Shown here: piece after piece, positions 53,660 through 62,917 of the stretch | Position numbering within the stretch: position 1 is the stretch's first letter | How the letters are laid out: each line of letters begins with the position of its first letter | Assembly (NCBI GenBank): GCA_035638775.1 | Contig: DASQZJ010000023.1 | Span: forward strand, 10,827 to 74,826 | Direction: 5' to 3' | Length of the DNA stretch: 64,000 nt | Source of the DNA: Gammaproteobacteria bacterium | GTDB taxonomy: Bacteria; Pseudomonadota; Gammaproteobacteria; UBA5335; SLRW01 | Notes under the pieces: model-generated | Told to the model about the DNA's origin: nothing | Database searches by the model: none | What the model saw: only the letters and a program-made list of their open reading frames with translations | Position numbers and translations under genes: made by a program

Positions 53660-56034
53660 CCCGGTTCATCCGCAGCTTCGCCGACTTCTGCATCCGCCGG
53701 CGGGTGCCCATCGTGGTGCTGCTCGGCACGCTCACCATCGTGTTCGGCGTGCTGGCGACGCGGATCCAGGTCAAGACCGTGTTCGAGGACATGCTTCCGC
53801 TGTCCCATCCCTGGATCAAGACCCACGAGAAGTACAAGGACACCTTCGGCAGCTCGAACATGGTCACCATCATGGTGACCGCCCGCCATGGCGACATCTT
53901 CCAGCGGCCGGTGCTCACCAGGATCCGGAAGATCACCCGGGAGCTCCGCCAGGTCGAGGCGGTCAACCAGTTCCAGATCATTTCGCTGGCCTCGAAAAAG
54001 CTCAAGACCGTCAAGGCGACCAGCTGGGGCATCGACACCGTGCCCCTGATGTGGCCGGACACCCCGAAGACGCAGAAGGGGATCGACAAGCTGCGCCAGG
54101 AGGTGCTGCGCAACCCGCTGGTCTACGGCTCCTACGTCTCGCCCGACCTGAAGTCGGCCCTGATCACGGTGGACTTCATCGACCGGCTGGTCGACTACCC
54201 GGAGATCTTCAGCCAGATCAACCACATCATCGACGGCGTGCGCGGCAACGACGTGCGCATCAACGTCATCGGCCAGCCGATGCTCTACGGCTGGGTGGGC
54301 AAGTACCTGCCGCAGACCATGATGATCACCCTGCTGACCATCGGCATGCTCAGCCTGACGCTGTTCATACTCGCGCGGACCTGGCGCGGCACGCTGCTGC
54401 CGCTGCTGGCCGGGCTGACCAGCGCCTGCTGGTCGCTGGGCATCGCCCACCTGCTGGGGATCAACTTCGATCCACTGGTCGTGGTGGTCGCGTTCCTGAT
54501 CACTGCGCGGTCGATCTCCCATTCCGTGCAGCTGATCACCCGCTACGAGGACCTGCGTACGGAGGAACGCGGCATCCGCCTGCGCGACGCCGCGCGGGTC
54601 AGCCTGGCCGAGCTGTTCCGGCCCGGCATGCTGGGGGTCATCGCCGACGCGGGCGCGATCCTGGTGGTGCTGCTGACGCCCATCCCGCTGCTGCAGAAGG
54701 TCTCGATCATCGGCGCCATCTGGGTATCCACCATCGCCGTGTCTGCCGTGATCATGACGCCGGTGCTGCTGTCGTTCCTGAAGCGGCCCGGGGGCGCGGT
54801 GCACCCGATCAACCTGGACGGGCCGATGCATCGCTTCCTTCAGCTGTGCGTGCGCATCGCGGTGACCCGGGCGCGCTACGTCGCGATCGCGGTGGCCGTG
54901 CTGCTGTTCGCGGGCTCCGGCCTGCTGGCGATGAACCTGCAGGTGGGCGATGCACGGGCCGGCTCGCCGATCCTCTGGCCCGGGCACCAGTACAACCGCA
55001 GCGCAACCGCGATCAACCACAAGTTCGCGGGCACCGATCGGCTGTTCGTGGTGTTCCACGGCAAGGAAAAGGACGCCATGAAGAAGCCCGACGTGCTGCG
55101 CACGATGCAGGGCTTCCAGCGCTACATGGAGGCGCAGCCGGAGGTGGGCGGAACGATGTCGCTGGTGGACGTGGTCAGCTCGATCAACCGCGTGCTGCAC
55201 GGCGGCAATCCGCGTTACCAGGAGCTTGGCGACAGCGCCACCCAGAACGGGCAGTTCCTGTACATGTTCGTGTCCGGCTCCGATCCCGGGGACCTGAACC
55301 GCTATGCCGATCCGGACTTCCGCAACGGCGCGGTCACGATGTTCTTCCACGACCACACGGGCGTGACGATCCGCACCGCCTTCCGGCGGATCCAGGAATT
55401 CATGCAGGGCCACCCCATGAAAGACGCCAGCTACCAGCTGGCCGGCGGCCTGGTGGGCGTGCTCGCCGCGGTCAACGACGTGCTGCTGAAGGGCCAGATC
55501 GAGGCGATCGCGCTCGGGCTGCTGGTCGTGGTGCTGTGCGCCACCGCGGTGTACCGATCCAGCGTGGCCGGGATGTTCTTCATGGTGCCGGTGCTGTTGT
55601 CCAACACCGTCACCTTCGCGTGCATGAGCCTCATGCACGTGGGCCTGAACATCAACACGGTCCCGGTGGTGGCTCTCGGCATCGGCCTGGGGGTCGATTA
55701 CTCGTTCTACATCATCGACGGGATCAAGGAAGAGCTGGCGCGCCACGGAAACGTCGTGGAGGCCCTGACCAGCTCCCTGCACAGCGCCGGACGCGGCGTG
55801 CTCATCACGGGCGCGACCCTGGTGGTGAGCGTGATCCTGTGGATGTTTTCCTCGCTTCGCTTCCAGGCGGAGATGGGGCTGCTGATCGCGCTGTGGCTGG
55901 CCGTCTCGGCCAGCAGCGCCCTGTTCCTCATGCCGGCGCTGGCCTACGTGTTCCGGCCCCGGTTCATTTTCGGCGACGAACGCGGCGGGGCGTGGCGCTC
56001 CGGGAGCGTTCGAGCAGTGGCGGAGTCCTCGTGA
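53656..56034 (+). CDS. RND-superfamily (MMPL/HpnN-like, 12-TM, two-periplasmic-loop) transporter
   Basis: ORF 53452..56034 trimmed to GTG 53656 (GGAGGGA RBS, GTGA overlap with the upstream stop). 792 aa. Two repeats of 1 TM + large loop + 5 TM. ..GINFDPLVVVVAFLITARSISHSVQL.. and ..GLNINTVPVVALGIGLGVDYSFY.. are the TM4/TM10-like segments. Confidence 0.85.
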   Translation: MTRFIRSFADFCIRRRVPIVVLLGTLTIVFGVLATRIQVKTVFEDMLPLSHPWIKTHEKYKDTFGSSNMVTIMVTARHGDIFQRPVLTRIRKITRELRQVEAVNQFQIISLASKKLKTVKATSWGIDTVPLMWPDTPKTQKGIDKLRQEVLRNPLVYGSYVSPDLKSALITVDFIDRLVDYPEIFSQINHIIDGVRGNDVRINVIGQPMLYGWVGKYLPQTMMITLLTIGMLSLTLFILARTWRGTLLPLLAGLTSACWSLGIAHLLGINFDPLVVVVAFLITARSISHSVQLITRYEDLRTEERGIRLRDAARVSLAELFRPGMLGVIADAGAILVVLLTPIPLLQKVSIIGAIWVSTIAVSAVIMTPVLLSFLKRPGGAVHPINLDGPMHRFLQLCVRIAVTRARYVAIAVAVLLFAGSGLLAMNLQVGDARAGSPILWPGHQYNRSATAINHKFAGTDRLFVVFHGKEKDAMKKPDVLRTMQGFQRYMEAQPEVGGTMSLVDVVSSINRVLHGGNPRYQELGDSATQNGQFLYMFVSGSDPGDLNRYADPDFRNGAVTMFFHDHTGVTIRTAFRRIQEFMQGHPMKDASYQLAGGLVGVLAAVNDVLLKGQIEAIALGLLVVVLCATAVYRSSVAGMFFMVPVLLSNTVTFACMSLMHVGLNINTVPVVALGIGLGVDYSFYIIDGIKEELARHGNVVEALTSSLHSAGRGVLITGATLVVSVILWMFSSLRFQAEMGLLIALWLAVSASSALFLMPALAYVFRPRFIFGDERGGAWRSGSVRAVAESS

Positions 56035-56122
56035 GGGGCTCATCGCAGGCCGGTTACGGTCGCCGCTCCCCGGCAGCGTACGCAAGGCCTGGCTCAATTA
56101 GAGAGGGGATGGAGGACGACAA

Positions 56123-57679
56123 ATGTTCACAAGAGCAAGGGCGATAGGGAAGCTTGCGGCCCTGGCGGTCGCGGCGCTCGGCCTGGTGCCGCTGGCCGCG
56201 TCCGCCGGGCAGCTGGAATGGCAGGGGAGCGACTGGAGCCTGACGGTGTCCGGTTATGCCCGCCAGTACCTTTCGATGAACCTGCAGAACCCGCCGGAGA
56301 CCAAGGCGAACGACCGCTACAATCTGTCCATGGTGCGCACCGTACTGGAGCCGTACTTCGACGGCCATGTCAGCGCCGTGCACTACCACCTGGTGGGCCG
56401 GATCGCGCGGGAGCCGACCACCACCTACCTGCAGCGGCTCGAGACACCGTCGGACCTCGTCAGCGGCGGCGCCGGAACGGGGGGCGCCAACGGCGGCAGC
56501 AACCTGGTGCACGACCAGTACGACGTCAACGACATCCGCGAGGCCTGGCTCGGCTTCCACGTCGGCCAGTGGACCGAGGTGCGGCTGGGCAAGCAGCAGA
56601 TCGTGTTCGGGCACACGGATTTCTTCCACGCCCTGGACATGGTCGAGGGCTACGACTTCACCTGGCGATCCTTCCTGGTGCCCGAGAACGAGGACGTGCG
56701 CAAGCCGCTCAACCTCGTGAACGTGATGGTCAATACCGCCCAGGGCGGCCAGTTCCAGCTGGTGGTGATCCCGGGCGATGCCAACCGCAAGCGGGATATC
56801 GGCAACACCTATGACCTGTTCGGCGGCCGCTGGGCCAACCAGCCGAACAAGGGCATCGATTTCCTGCAGGTGATGGACTACAACTACGACCACCCCGAGG
56901 GCAAGGCCAGCGACACCACCGGGGCCCTGCGCTGGAGCGGCATCGCGGGCGACATCAGCTACTCCGTCGACTACCTGCACGTGTACAACCCGGACCCGGT
57001 GGTGAACTCCGTCTTCGCACCCTGGAAGGCGGCCCCCAGGGGCCTGCTGGGCGACTTCATCTACCCGGTGGTCGACACGGTGGGCGGCAGCATGAGCGCC
57101 TACTCGTCGTGGGCCGACGCGGTGTTCAGCACCGAGGTCGCGTACACCCTGGACAAGCCCTACAACGTGGGCACCAACGGCGCTACCTGCGGCTCGCCGT
57201 TCCCGGGGTTCTGCGGCGTCAAGCAGAAGAACACGGTCAACTTCATGGTGCGCATGGACAAGAACGTGTCCTGGACGCACACGCTGTTGGGGGCCGCCCG
57301 CGGCTCGTTCATGTCCTTCCAGTTCTTCGACACGTGGATCCCGAACTTCAAGAAGTCGGATGACATCGTCGACCTGGCCGGGTACGCGGCGCCGAAGCAC
57401 GAGCACAACATGATCGCGACGGGCATCCTCGGGCTGAGCTACATGAACGCCCGGATCAATCCGCAGCTGGCGGGTGGCTACGACCTCACCAACGGCGGCG
57501 GCTTCCTCATCCCGAGCGTGCAGTTCGTCCGCGGTGACCACTGGCGCCTGAAAGTGGAGGCGGACCTGTTCTACCCGCACGGCAGCAACGAGTTCGGGGG
57601 CAACTCCTCGGACACGCACCTGTTCGGGTACTTCGCCAACAACGACCAGCTCGCGCTGCGGCTCAGCTACCTGTTCTGA
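56123..57679 (+). CDS. DUF1302-family outer-membrane beta-barrel protein
   Basis: 518-aa ORF with a GGAGGACGAC RBS. Signal peptide MFTRARAIGKLAALAVAALGLVPLAASA. ..VSGYARQY.. ..IREAWLGF....W..VRLGKQQIVFG.TDFF.. ..C-terminal ..LALRLSYLF (aromatic terminus). Confidence 0.85.
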   Translation: MFTRARAIGKLAALAVAALGLVPLAASAGQLEWQGSDWSLTVSGYARQYLSMNLQNPPETKANDRYNLSMVRTVLEPYFDGHVSAVHYHLVGRIAREPTTTYLQRLETPSDLVSGGAGTGGANGGSNLVHDQYDVNDIREAWLGFHVGQWTEVRLGKQQIVFGHTDFFHALDMVEGYDFTWRSFLVPENEDVRKPLNLVNVMVNTAQGGQFQLVVIPGDANRKRDIGNTYDLFGGRWANQPNKGIDFLQVMDYNYDHPEGKASDTTGALRWSGIAGDISYSVDYLHVYNPDPVVNSVFAPWKAAPRGLLGDFIYPVVDTVGGSMSAYSSWADAVFSTEVAYTLDKPYNVGTNGATCGSPFPGFCGVKQKNTVNFMVRMDKNVSWTHTLLGAARGSFMSFQFFDTWIPNFKKSDDIVDLAGYAAPKHEHNMIATGILGLSYMNARINPQLAGGYDLTNGGGFLIPSVQFVRGDHWRLKVEADLFYPHGSNEFGGNSSDTHLFGYFANNDQLALRLSYLF

Positions 57680-57697
57680 GCACGGCGCGTCGGTCAC

Positions 57698-57725
57698 GGC
57701 CCGGCCCGCGGACGCGGGCCGGGCC
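57698..57725 (+). terminator. GC-rich hairpin after the DUF1302 gene
   Basis: GGCCCGGCCCGCG-ga-CGCGGGCCGGGCC. The arms are perfect complements and the effective stem is about 11-12 bp. It lies 19 nt after stop 57679. No U-tract. Confidence 0.4.
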
Positions 57726-57749
57726 CCGGTTCGGGAGGACGGGAACGGC

Positions 57750-58364
57750 ATGGCTCGGCTCGATCGACTGAGCGTCGGCATGGGACGCCGGCCGGCGCTG
57801 CTGGTGGTGGACGTGTCCCGGGGATTCACCGATCCCGCGTGCCCGCTGGGCTCCGAGGCGGGCGAGGTGGTCGGCGCGATCGCGGCGCTGCTCGAGGCGT
57901 TCCGCGCCCGCGGGCTGCCGGTCTGGTACACGACGGTGATCTATACCTCGCCCTACCAGGCCGCCGTGTTCCGCCGCAAGCTGCCGGTGCTGGAGCTGCT
58001 GGCGCCGGACAGCCGATGGGTCGAGATCGATCCGCGCATCGCCCCCCGGGCGGACGAGCCGGTGCTGGTCAAGCATTTCCCGAGCGCCTTCTTCGGTACC
58101 GACCTCGCCCAGCAGCTTGCCGGGGCAGGGGTGGACACCCTGTACGTGACCGGGCTGACCACCAGCGGCTGCGTGCGGGCCTCGGCGCTGGATGCGCTGC
58201 AGCACAACCTGCGGCTGATCGTGCCGCGGGAGGCGACCGGGGACCGCGATGCGGCGGCCCACGAGGCGAATCTCTACGACCTGGAGAGCAAGTACGGCGA
58301 CGTGGTGTCGCTGGACGACGCCCTGCGGATGCTCGAGGCGTTTCCCCGCGACAGCGGCGGCTGA
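57750..58364 (+). CDS. Isochorismatase-family hydrolase (N-carbamoylsarcosine-amidase-like)
   Basis: 204-aa ORF. ..PALLVVDVSRGF.. ..VKHFPSAFFGTDL.. ..LYVTGLTTSGCVRASALDA.. carries the Asp-Lys-Cys triad. Confidence 0.85.
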   Translation: MARLDRLSVGMGRRPALLVVDVSRGFTDPACPLGSEAGEVVGAIAALLEAFRARGLPVWYTTVIYTSPYQAAVFRRKLPVLELLAPDSRWVEIDPRIAPRADEPVLVKHFPSAFFGTDLAQQLAGAGVDTLYVTGLTTSGCVRASALDALQHNLRLIVPREATGDRDAAAHEANLYDLESKYGDVVSLDDALRMLEAFPRDSGG

Positions 58365-58439
58365 ACACGACAGGAAACGGAAAGCGGCCGCCCGTCCACC
58401 GGCGGGCGCGAGGCAGGATCGAACAGGGGAGAAGCGACC

Positions 58440-60506
58440 ATGGCTTACCATCTCGGCGTCGATGTCGGCGGGACCTTCACCGACGTCCTGCTGATCGACG
58501 AGGACAGCAGGCGGACTTACACCGCGAAGGTGCCGTCCACGCCGTCCGATTCCTCCATCGGGGTGCTCAACGGCATCGGCAAGGTGTGCGAGCGCGCCGG
58601 GGTCGACCCGACGCGCATCGACTACGTGATGCACGGCACCACGGTGGCGACCAACGCCGTGCTCACCGGCAAGGGCGCCCGCGTCGGGCTGGTGACCACG
58701 CGGGGTTTCCGCCAGGTGCTGCAGATCGCGCGCTCCTTCGTGCCGGGCGGCCTGGGCGGCTGGGTGATCTACAACAAGAGCGACCCGCTCGCCCCGCTGG
58801 AGCTGACGGTCGAGGCCGACGAGCGCATGGGCGCCGACGGCAGCGTGGTCGAGGCGCTGGACGAGAAGACCCTGCGCGAGCGCCTGGAGCACTTGCGCGA
58901 ACGCGGCGTCGGCGCGCTGACCATCTCGTTCGTGAACTCCTTCGCCAACGGCGTGCACGAGCAGCGGGCGAAGGCGATCGCCCGGGAGGTGTTCCCCGAG
59001 GACGTGCCGGTGTCCGTCTCCTCCGAGGTGATACCGGAGATGCAGGAGTACGAGCGCACCCTGACCACGGTGGCGAACTCCTTCGTGCGCCCGGAGGTGT
59101 CGCGCTACATGCGCAACCTGCGGGAAGAGCTGAACCGCCGGATGAACGAGGTGCGGCTCTACATCCTGCGCTCCGACGGCGGCCTGGCGACCAGCGACGC
59201 TGCCGTGGACCTGCCGGTGAACCACCTGATGAGCGGCCCCGCCGGCGGCGTTTCCGGGGCCATCTGGATTTCCCGCCAGGCCGGCTTCCGCAACCTCATG
59301 ACCCTGGACATGGGCGGCACCTCCACCGACGTCTGCCTGGTCCAGGATGCGGCCGCCCAGACACGCCGCGAGACCACCGTGGGCGACCTCACCATCCGCG
59401 CCTCCTCGGTGGATGTGCGCACGGTGGGCGCCGGCGGCGGATCCATCGCGCATGTTCCGGAGCTGACCGGCGCCCTGCGCGTGGGACCGGAAAGCGCCGG
59501 CGCCGACCCGGGGCCGGCCGCCTATGCCATGGGCGGCGAGCAGCCAACCGTCACCGACGCCAACGTCGTGCTGGGCTACCTGCCCGGGTCCACCCGCCTG
59601 GGTGGAGAGATGAACATCGACCGGGGCCTGGCGGAGAAGGCGGTGCAGGCCGTCGCCGATGCCCTGGGCCTGCCGCTGCAGAAGGCGGCCGCCGGCATCA
59701 TCGACATCGTCAACGAGAACATGTTCGGCGCGCTGCGCCTGGTTTCGGTCGAGCAGGGCTACGATCCGCGGGACTTCGCGCTGGTCGCCTTCGGTGGTGC
59801 CGGGCCGATGCACGCAAACGCGCTCGGGCGGCTGATGGGCTCGTGGCCGGTGATCATCCCGCCGGGGCCGGGGGTGCTCTGCGCCTACGGCGATGCCACG
59901 ACACAGCTGCGGCAGGAAGCCTCGCAGACATTCATCCGCCGGTTCCGGGACACCGCCAGCGCGGAGGTCGGCGAGCTGCTGTCGACCCTCGCGGAGACCG
60001 CGTCCTGCCACCTGGACGAGGAGGGCGTCGACCGTGCCGACCAGACCGTGACCTGCCAGGTGGACCTGCGCTACCACGGCCAGGCGCTGATGCTCACCAT
60101 CGACGTGCCGCTGGAGGGCTTCGCCGGTGACGGTCTCGAGCGCGTCGGCCGGCGCTTCGACGAGCTGCACGAACAGCTCTACACCTTCGCCCTGGACGAG
60201 GACAAGGAGATCGTCAGCCTGCGGGCGATCGTGCAGGGCAAGGCGGTGGCGGTGGAGGCCCGGGAGATCGAGAGCGGCGGCGAGGACCCGTCCGCTGCGC
60301 GCCTCACCGAGGAGACCATCTTCGTCGACGACGGCGAGCACAGCGCGGCCATCTACGACCGCGCCCGGCTGCGGGCGGGCAACCGCATCGCGGGACCGGC
60401 GATCGTCACCGAGATGGATTCCACCACCCTGATCCTGCCGGACCACGTGGGCGAGATCGACCGGTTCGGCAACATTCTCATCCGGCCGGCGGCCGCGGCG
60501 AAGTAG
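58440..60506 (+). CDS. hyuA: Hydantoinase/oxoprolinase A-type subunit (ATP-dependent N-methylhydantoinase A / caprolactamase alpha / acetone-carboxylase beta family)
   Basis: 688-aa ORF. MAYHLGVDVGGTFTDVLLIDE.. ..HGTTVATNA.. ..DMGGTSTDV.. are the ASKHA-fold motifs of HyuA. Confidence 0.9.
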   Translation: MAYHLGVDVGGTFTDVLLIDEDSRRTYTAKVPSTPSDSSIGVLNGIGKVCERAGVDPTRIDYVMHGTTVATNAVLTGKGARVGLVTTRGFRQVLQIARSFVPGGLGGWVIYNKSDPLAPLELTVEADERMGADGSVVEALDEKTLRERLEHLRERGVGALTISFVNSFANGVHEQRAKAIAREVFPEDVPVSVSSEVIPEMQEYERTLTTVANSFVRPEVSRYMRNLREELNRRMNEVRLYILRSDGGLATSDAAVDLPVNHLMSGPAGGVSGAIWISRQAGFRNLMTLDMGGTSTDVCLVQDAAAQTRRETTVGDLTIRASSVDVRTVGAGGGSIAHVPELTGALRVGPESAGADPGPAAYAMGGEQPTVTDANVVLGYLPGSTRLGGEMNIDRGLAEKAVQAVADALGLPLQKAAAGIIDIVNENMFGALRLVSVEQGYDPRDFALVAFGGAGPMHANALGRLMGSWPVIIPPGPGVLCAYGDATTQLRQEASQTFIRRFRDTASAEVGELLSTLAETASCHLDEEGVDRADQTVTCQVDLRYHGQALMLTIDVPLEGFAGDGLERVGRRFDELHEQLYTFALDEDKEIVSLRAIVQGKAVAVEAREIESGGEDPSAARLTEETIFVDDGEHSAAIYDRARLRAGNRIAGPAIVTEMDSTTLILPDHVGEIDRFGNILIRPAAAAK

Positions 60507-60516
60507 GGAGCGTGTC

Positions 60517-62394
60517 ATGCCAGCGAAAATCATCCAGCGCAACGATCAGCCGTTCCGCCCGGTCGAGGTGGATTCGATCAGCCTCGACATCATCGAGAGC
60601 GCACTGAAGAACGCCCGCTTCGAGATGGACGCGGTGCTGTTCCGCACGGCCATGTCGCCGGGGATCCGGGAGCAGGGCGACACCTTCCCGATGATCGCCA
60701 ATCACGAGGGCAAGATGGTGGTGGGCCAGTTCGGCTCCTTCATCTACGGCTTCACCAGCAGCTACGAGGGCACCATCGAGGAGGGGGACATCATCCTCAC
60801 GTCCGACCCCTACGGGGTCGACGGCGCGATCAGCCACGCCAACGACTGGCTGGTGCTGATGCCCATGTTCCGCGAGGGGCGGCTGATCGGCTGGGCCTCG
60901 ATGTTCGGGCACATGACCGACGTTGGCGGCATGTCGCCCGGGAGCCTGCCCACCGGCGCCACGGAGAACTTCCAGGAAGGCGTGGTGATCCCGCCGGTCA
61001 AGATCTACCGCAAGGGCGAGCTGCAGGAGGACGTGCTCAGCCTGATCCTGCGCAACTGCCGCATCCCGCAGTGGAACAACAGCGACCTCAAGTCGCTGGT
61101 GGCGGCCTGCCACGTGGCCGAGCGGCGCTGCAACGAGATCTGCGACCGCTTCGGCGTGGACACCTTCATCGCCGCCATGCAGGAGTTGCTGGCACGCAAC
61201 TACCGGGCCATGGACCAGCTGATCCGGACCAACATCCCGGAGCACCGCCAGTCGTTCGAGGATTACGTCTGCGACGACGGCAACGGCTACGGTCCCTACA
61301 AGATCGCCTGCAGCATGTGGCGGGAGAAGGACCGGCTGATCTTCGACTTCGAGGGCACCGACCCGCAGTCGATGTACTCGATCAACTTCCTGCTCAACGA
61401 AGAAATGTTCAAGATGTTCGCGGGCGTGTTCCTGATCATGGTGTTCGACCCGCAGATCGTCTACAACGACGGCTTCTATGACCTGATGGAGGTGCGCATC
61501 CCGCGGGGGTCGCTGCTCAAGCCGGTCGCGCCGGCGGCGCTTTCCTGCCGCAACCACGCGCTGGGCCGCATCTTCGACGTGCTCGGCGGCCTGTTCGGCC
61601 AGGGCAACCCGGACTTCCTCAACGCCGCCGGCTTCTCCGACAGCCCGCACTTTTTCTTCTCCGGATACGACCGCAAGGGGGAGTGGTTCCAGGTCTACCA
61701 GATCGGTTTCGGCGGGATCCCCGGCCGGCCCATGGGGGACGGGCCCGACGGCCACTCCCTGTGGCCCTCGTTCCGCAACGTTCCCAACGAGTTCGTCGAG
61801 AGCCACTACCCGCTCCGGATCGAGGTGTTCGAGACCATCCCGGACTCGGGCGGTCCCGGGGTGCACCGCGGCGGCAACGGCCTGCGCCTGGGCTATCGCT
61901 TCCTCGAGCCGGGCACCGTGTCGGTGCACGACGATCGGTGGCTGACCTATCCGTGGGGCGTGCGCGGGGGGCTGCCCGGCGGTCGCAGCGAGAAGATCCT
62001 GGTGCGCAAGGACGGCAGCCGCGAGTACCTGCGCTCCAAGCAGGACAACATCCGGGTGGAGGAAGGCGACCTGCTGTACTTCAACACCTGGGGCGGCGGC
62101 GGCTGGGGCGATCCCCTGGAGCGGGACCCGGCGCGGGTGGCGCTGGACGTGGACCGCGGGCTGGTCACGCGCGAGGGCGCGAAGCGCTACGGCGTGGTGC
62201 TTCGGGACGACCTGAGCGTGGACGACGCCGCCACGGAGAAGCTGCGCGGGAAGATGGCCAGGCAGCGTGGCGAGGTCAAGCTGTTCGACTTCGGCGGCAC
62301 CGTCGACGAGCTGCGCGCGCGCTGCCTCGAGGAGACCCACATCGAGGCGCCGCAGGCACCGGAGCTGGGCCGGCGCGCCCGTGCCGGGACCTGA
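60517..62394 (+). CDS. hyuB: Hydantoinase B/oxoprolinase-type subunit
   Basis: 625-aa ORF. ..DSISLDIIESALKNARFEMDAVLFRTAMSPGIREQGD.. ..GGGGWGDPLERDPA.V..DV..G.V is the typical HyuB N- and C-terminus. Confidence 0.9.
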   Translation: MPAKIIQRNDQPFRPVEVDSISLDIIESALKNARFEMDAVLFRTAMSPGIREQGDTFPMIANHEGKMVVGQFGSFIYGFTSSYEGTIEEGDIILTSDPYGVDGAISHANDWLVLMPMFREGRLIGWASMFGHMTDVGGMSPGSLPTGATENFQEGVVIPPVKIYRKGELQEDVLSLILRNCRIPQWNNSDLKSLVAACHVAERRCNEICDRFGVDTFIAAMQELLARNYRAMDQLIRTNIPEHRQSFEDYVCDDGNGYGPYKIACSMWREKDRLIFDFEGTDPQSMYSINFLLNEEMFKMFAGVFLIMVFDPQIVYNDGFYDLMEVRIPRGSLLKPVAPAALSCRNHALGRIFDVLGGLFGQGNPDFLNAAGFSDSPHFFFSGYDRKGEWFQVYQIGFGGIPGRPMGDGPDGHSLWPSFRNVPNEFVESHYPLRIEVFETIPDSGGPGVHRGGNGLRLGYRFLEPGTVSVHDDRWLTYPWGVRGGLPGGRSEKILVRKDGSREYLRSKQDNIRVEEGDLLYFNTWGGGGWGDPLERDPARVALDVDRGLVTREGAKRYGVVLRDDLSVDDAATEKLRGKMARQRGEVKLFDFGGTVDELRARCLEETHIEAPQAPELGRRARAGT

Positions 62395-62425
62395 GTGGCA
62401 ACGTCCGTCGCCGGGAGGGCGCGTG

Positions 62426-62845
62426 ATGGAGACAGGTGAGTCGACGGGAGCCAGCCGGATCCATCTCCAGCCCGATCCCCTGGAAGCGTTTCGCATTGCC
62501 CAGGGCTACCGGGTGGGCGGTCTCGTGTTCACCTCTGGTCAGGCCGCCATCGCGCGGGACGGCAGCCTGGTCGGGGTCGGGGACTTCGACGCCCAGGCCG
62601 ACCAGGTCTTCGCGAATCTCGCGGCCGTCCTGGAGGCGGGCGGCTCGAGCCTCGAGCGCGTGATCAAGGTCACGATCCATCTGACGGACATGGCCAACTT
62701 CCCGAAGATCGTGGAGCTCAGGGGCCGATACTTCAGCCCGCCCTGGCCGGCCGACACCATCGTCGAGGTCCGGGCCCTTGCGCTTCCGGAGCTGATGATC
62801 GAGATCGAGGCGGTGGCACTGGCCGGGGGCGGGATGACCGGCTGA
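62426..62845 (+). CDS. ridA: RidA/YjgF/TdcF-family reactive-intermediate (enamine/imine) deaminase
   Basis: ORF 62267..62845 trimmed to ATG 62426 (GGGAGGG RBS). ..GGLVFTSGQ.. ..QADQVFANLAAVLEAGGSSLERVIKVTIHLTDM.. ..P.DT.VEV..L....IEIEAVA. Confidence 0.85.
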   Translation: METGESTGASRIHLQPDPLEAFRIAQGYRVGGLVFTSGQAAIARDGSLVGVGDFDAQADQVFANLAAVLEAGGSSLERVIKVTIHLTDMANFPKIVELRGRYFSPPWPADTIVEVRALALPELMIEIEAVALAGGGMTG

Positions 62846-62917
62846 CCACCCGGCGCAGCTCCGGTCAGCGCCGGGCGCAGGCCGGGCCCGGGCAGGAGGC
62901 CGGTGCGGGAGAGAGCC

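Noticed and set aside
57-62496. Many very long ORFs in the supplied track. Examples: 773..2761+, 2731..4680+, 4773..6149-, 8283..10970-, 17296..19239+, 17888..19417-, 20795..22057-, 20935..22821+, 22646..24100+, 25020..26783-, 26820..28955-, 29229..31451+, 31687..33948-, 34496..35962-, 35673..37526-, 39480..41405-, 42222..44093-, 44890..46581-, 47078..48541-, 50328..52583-, 52804..56097-, 53415..56147+, 56054..57931-, 57663..60542-, 57839..60130+, 60478..62496-, 62276..63757-.
   Set aside because: Their translations are Arg/Pro/Gly/Ala-rich low-complexity strings with no domain signatures. They lie antisense to, or out of frame with, ORFs that have clear family motifs, RBSs and operon logic. 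They are the classic shadow ORFs of stop-codon-poor high-GC DNA.
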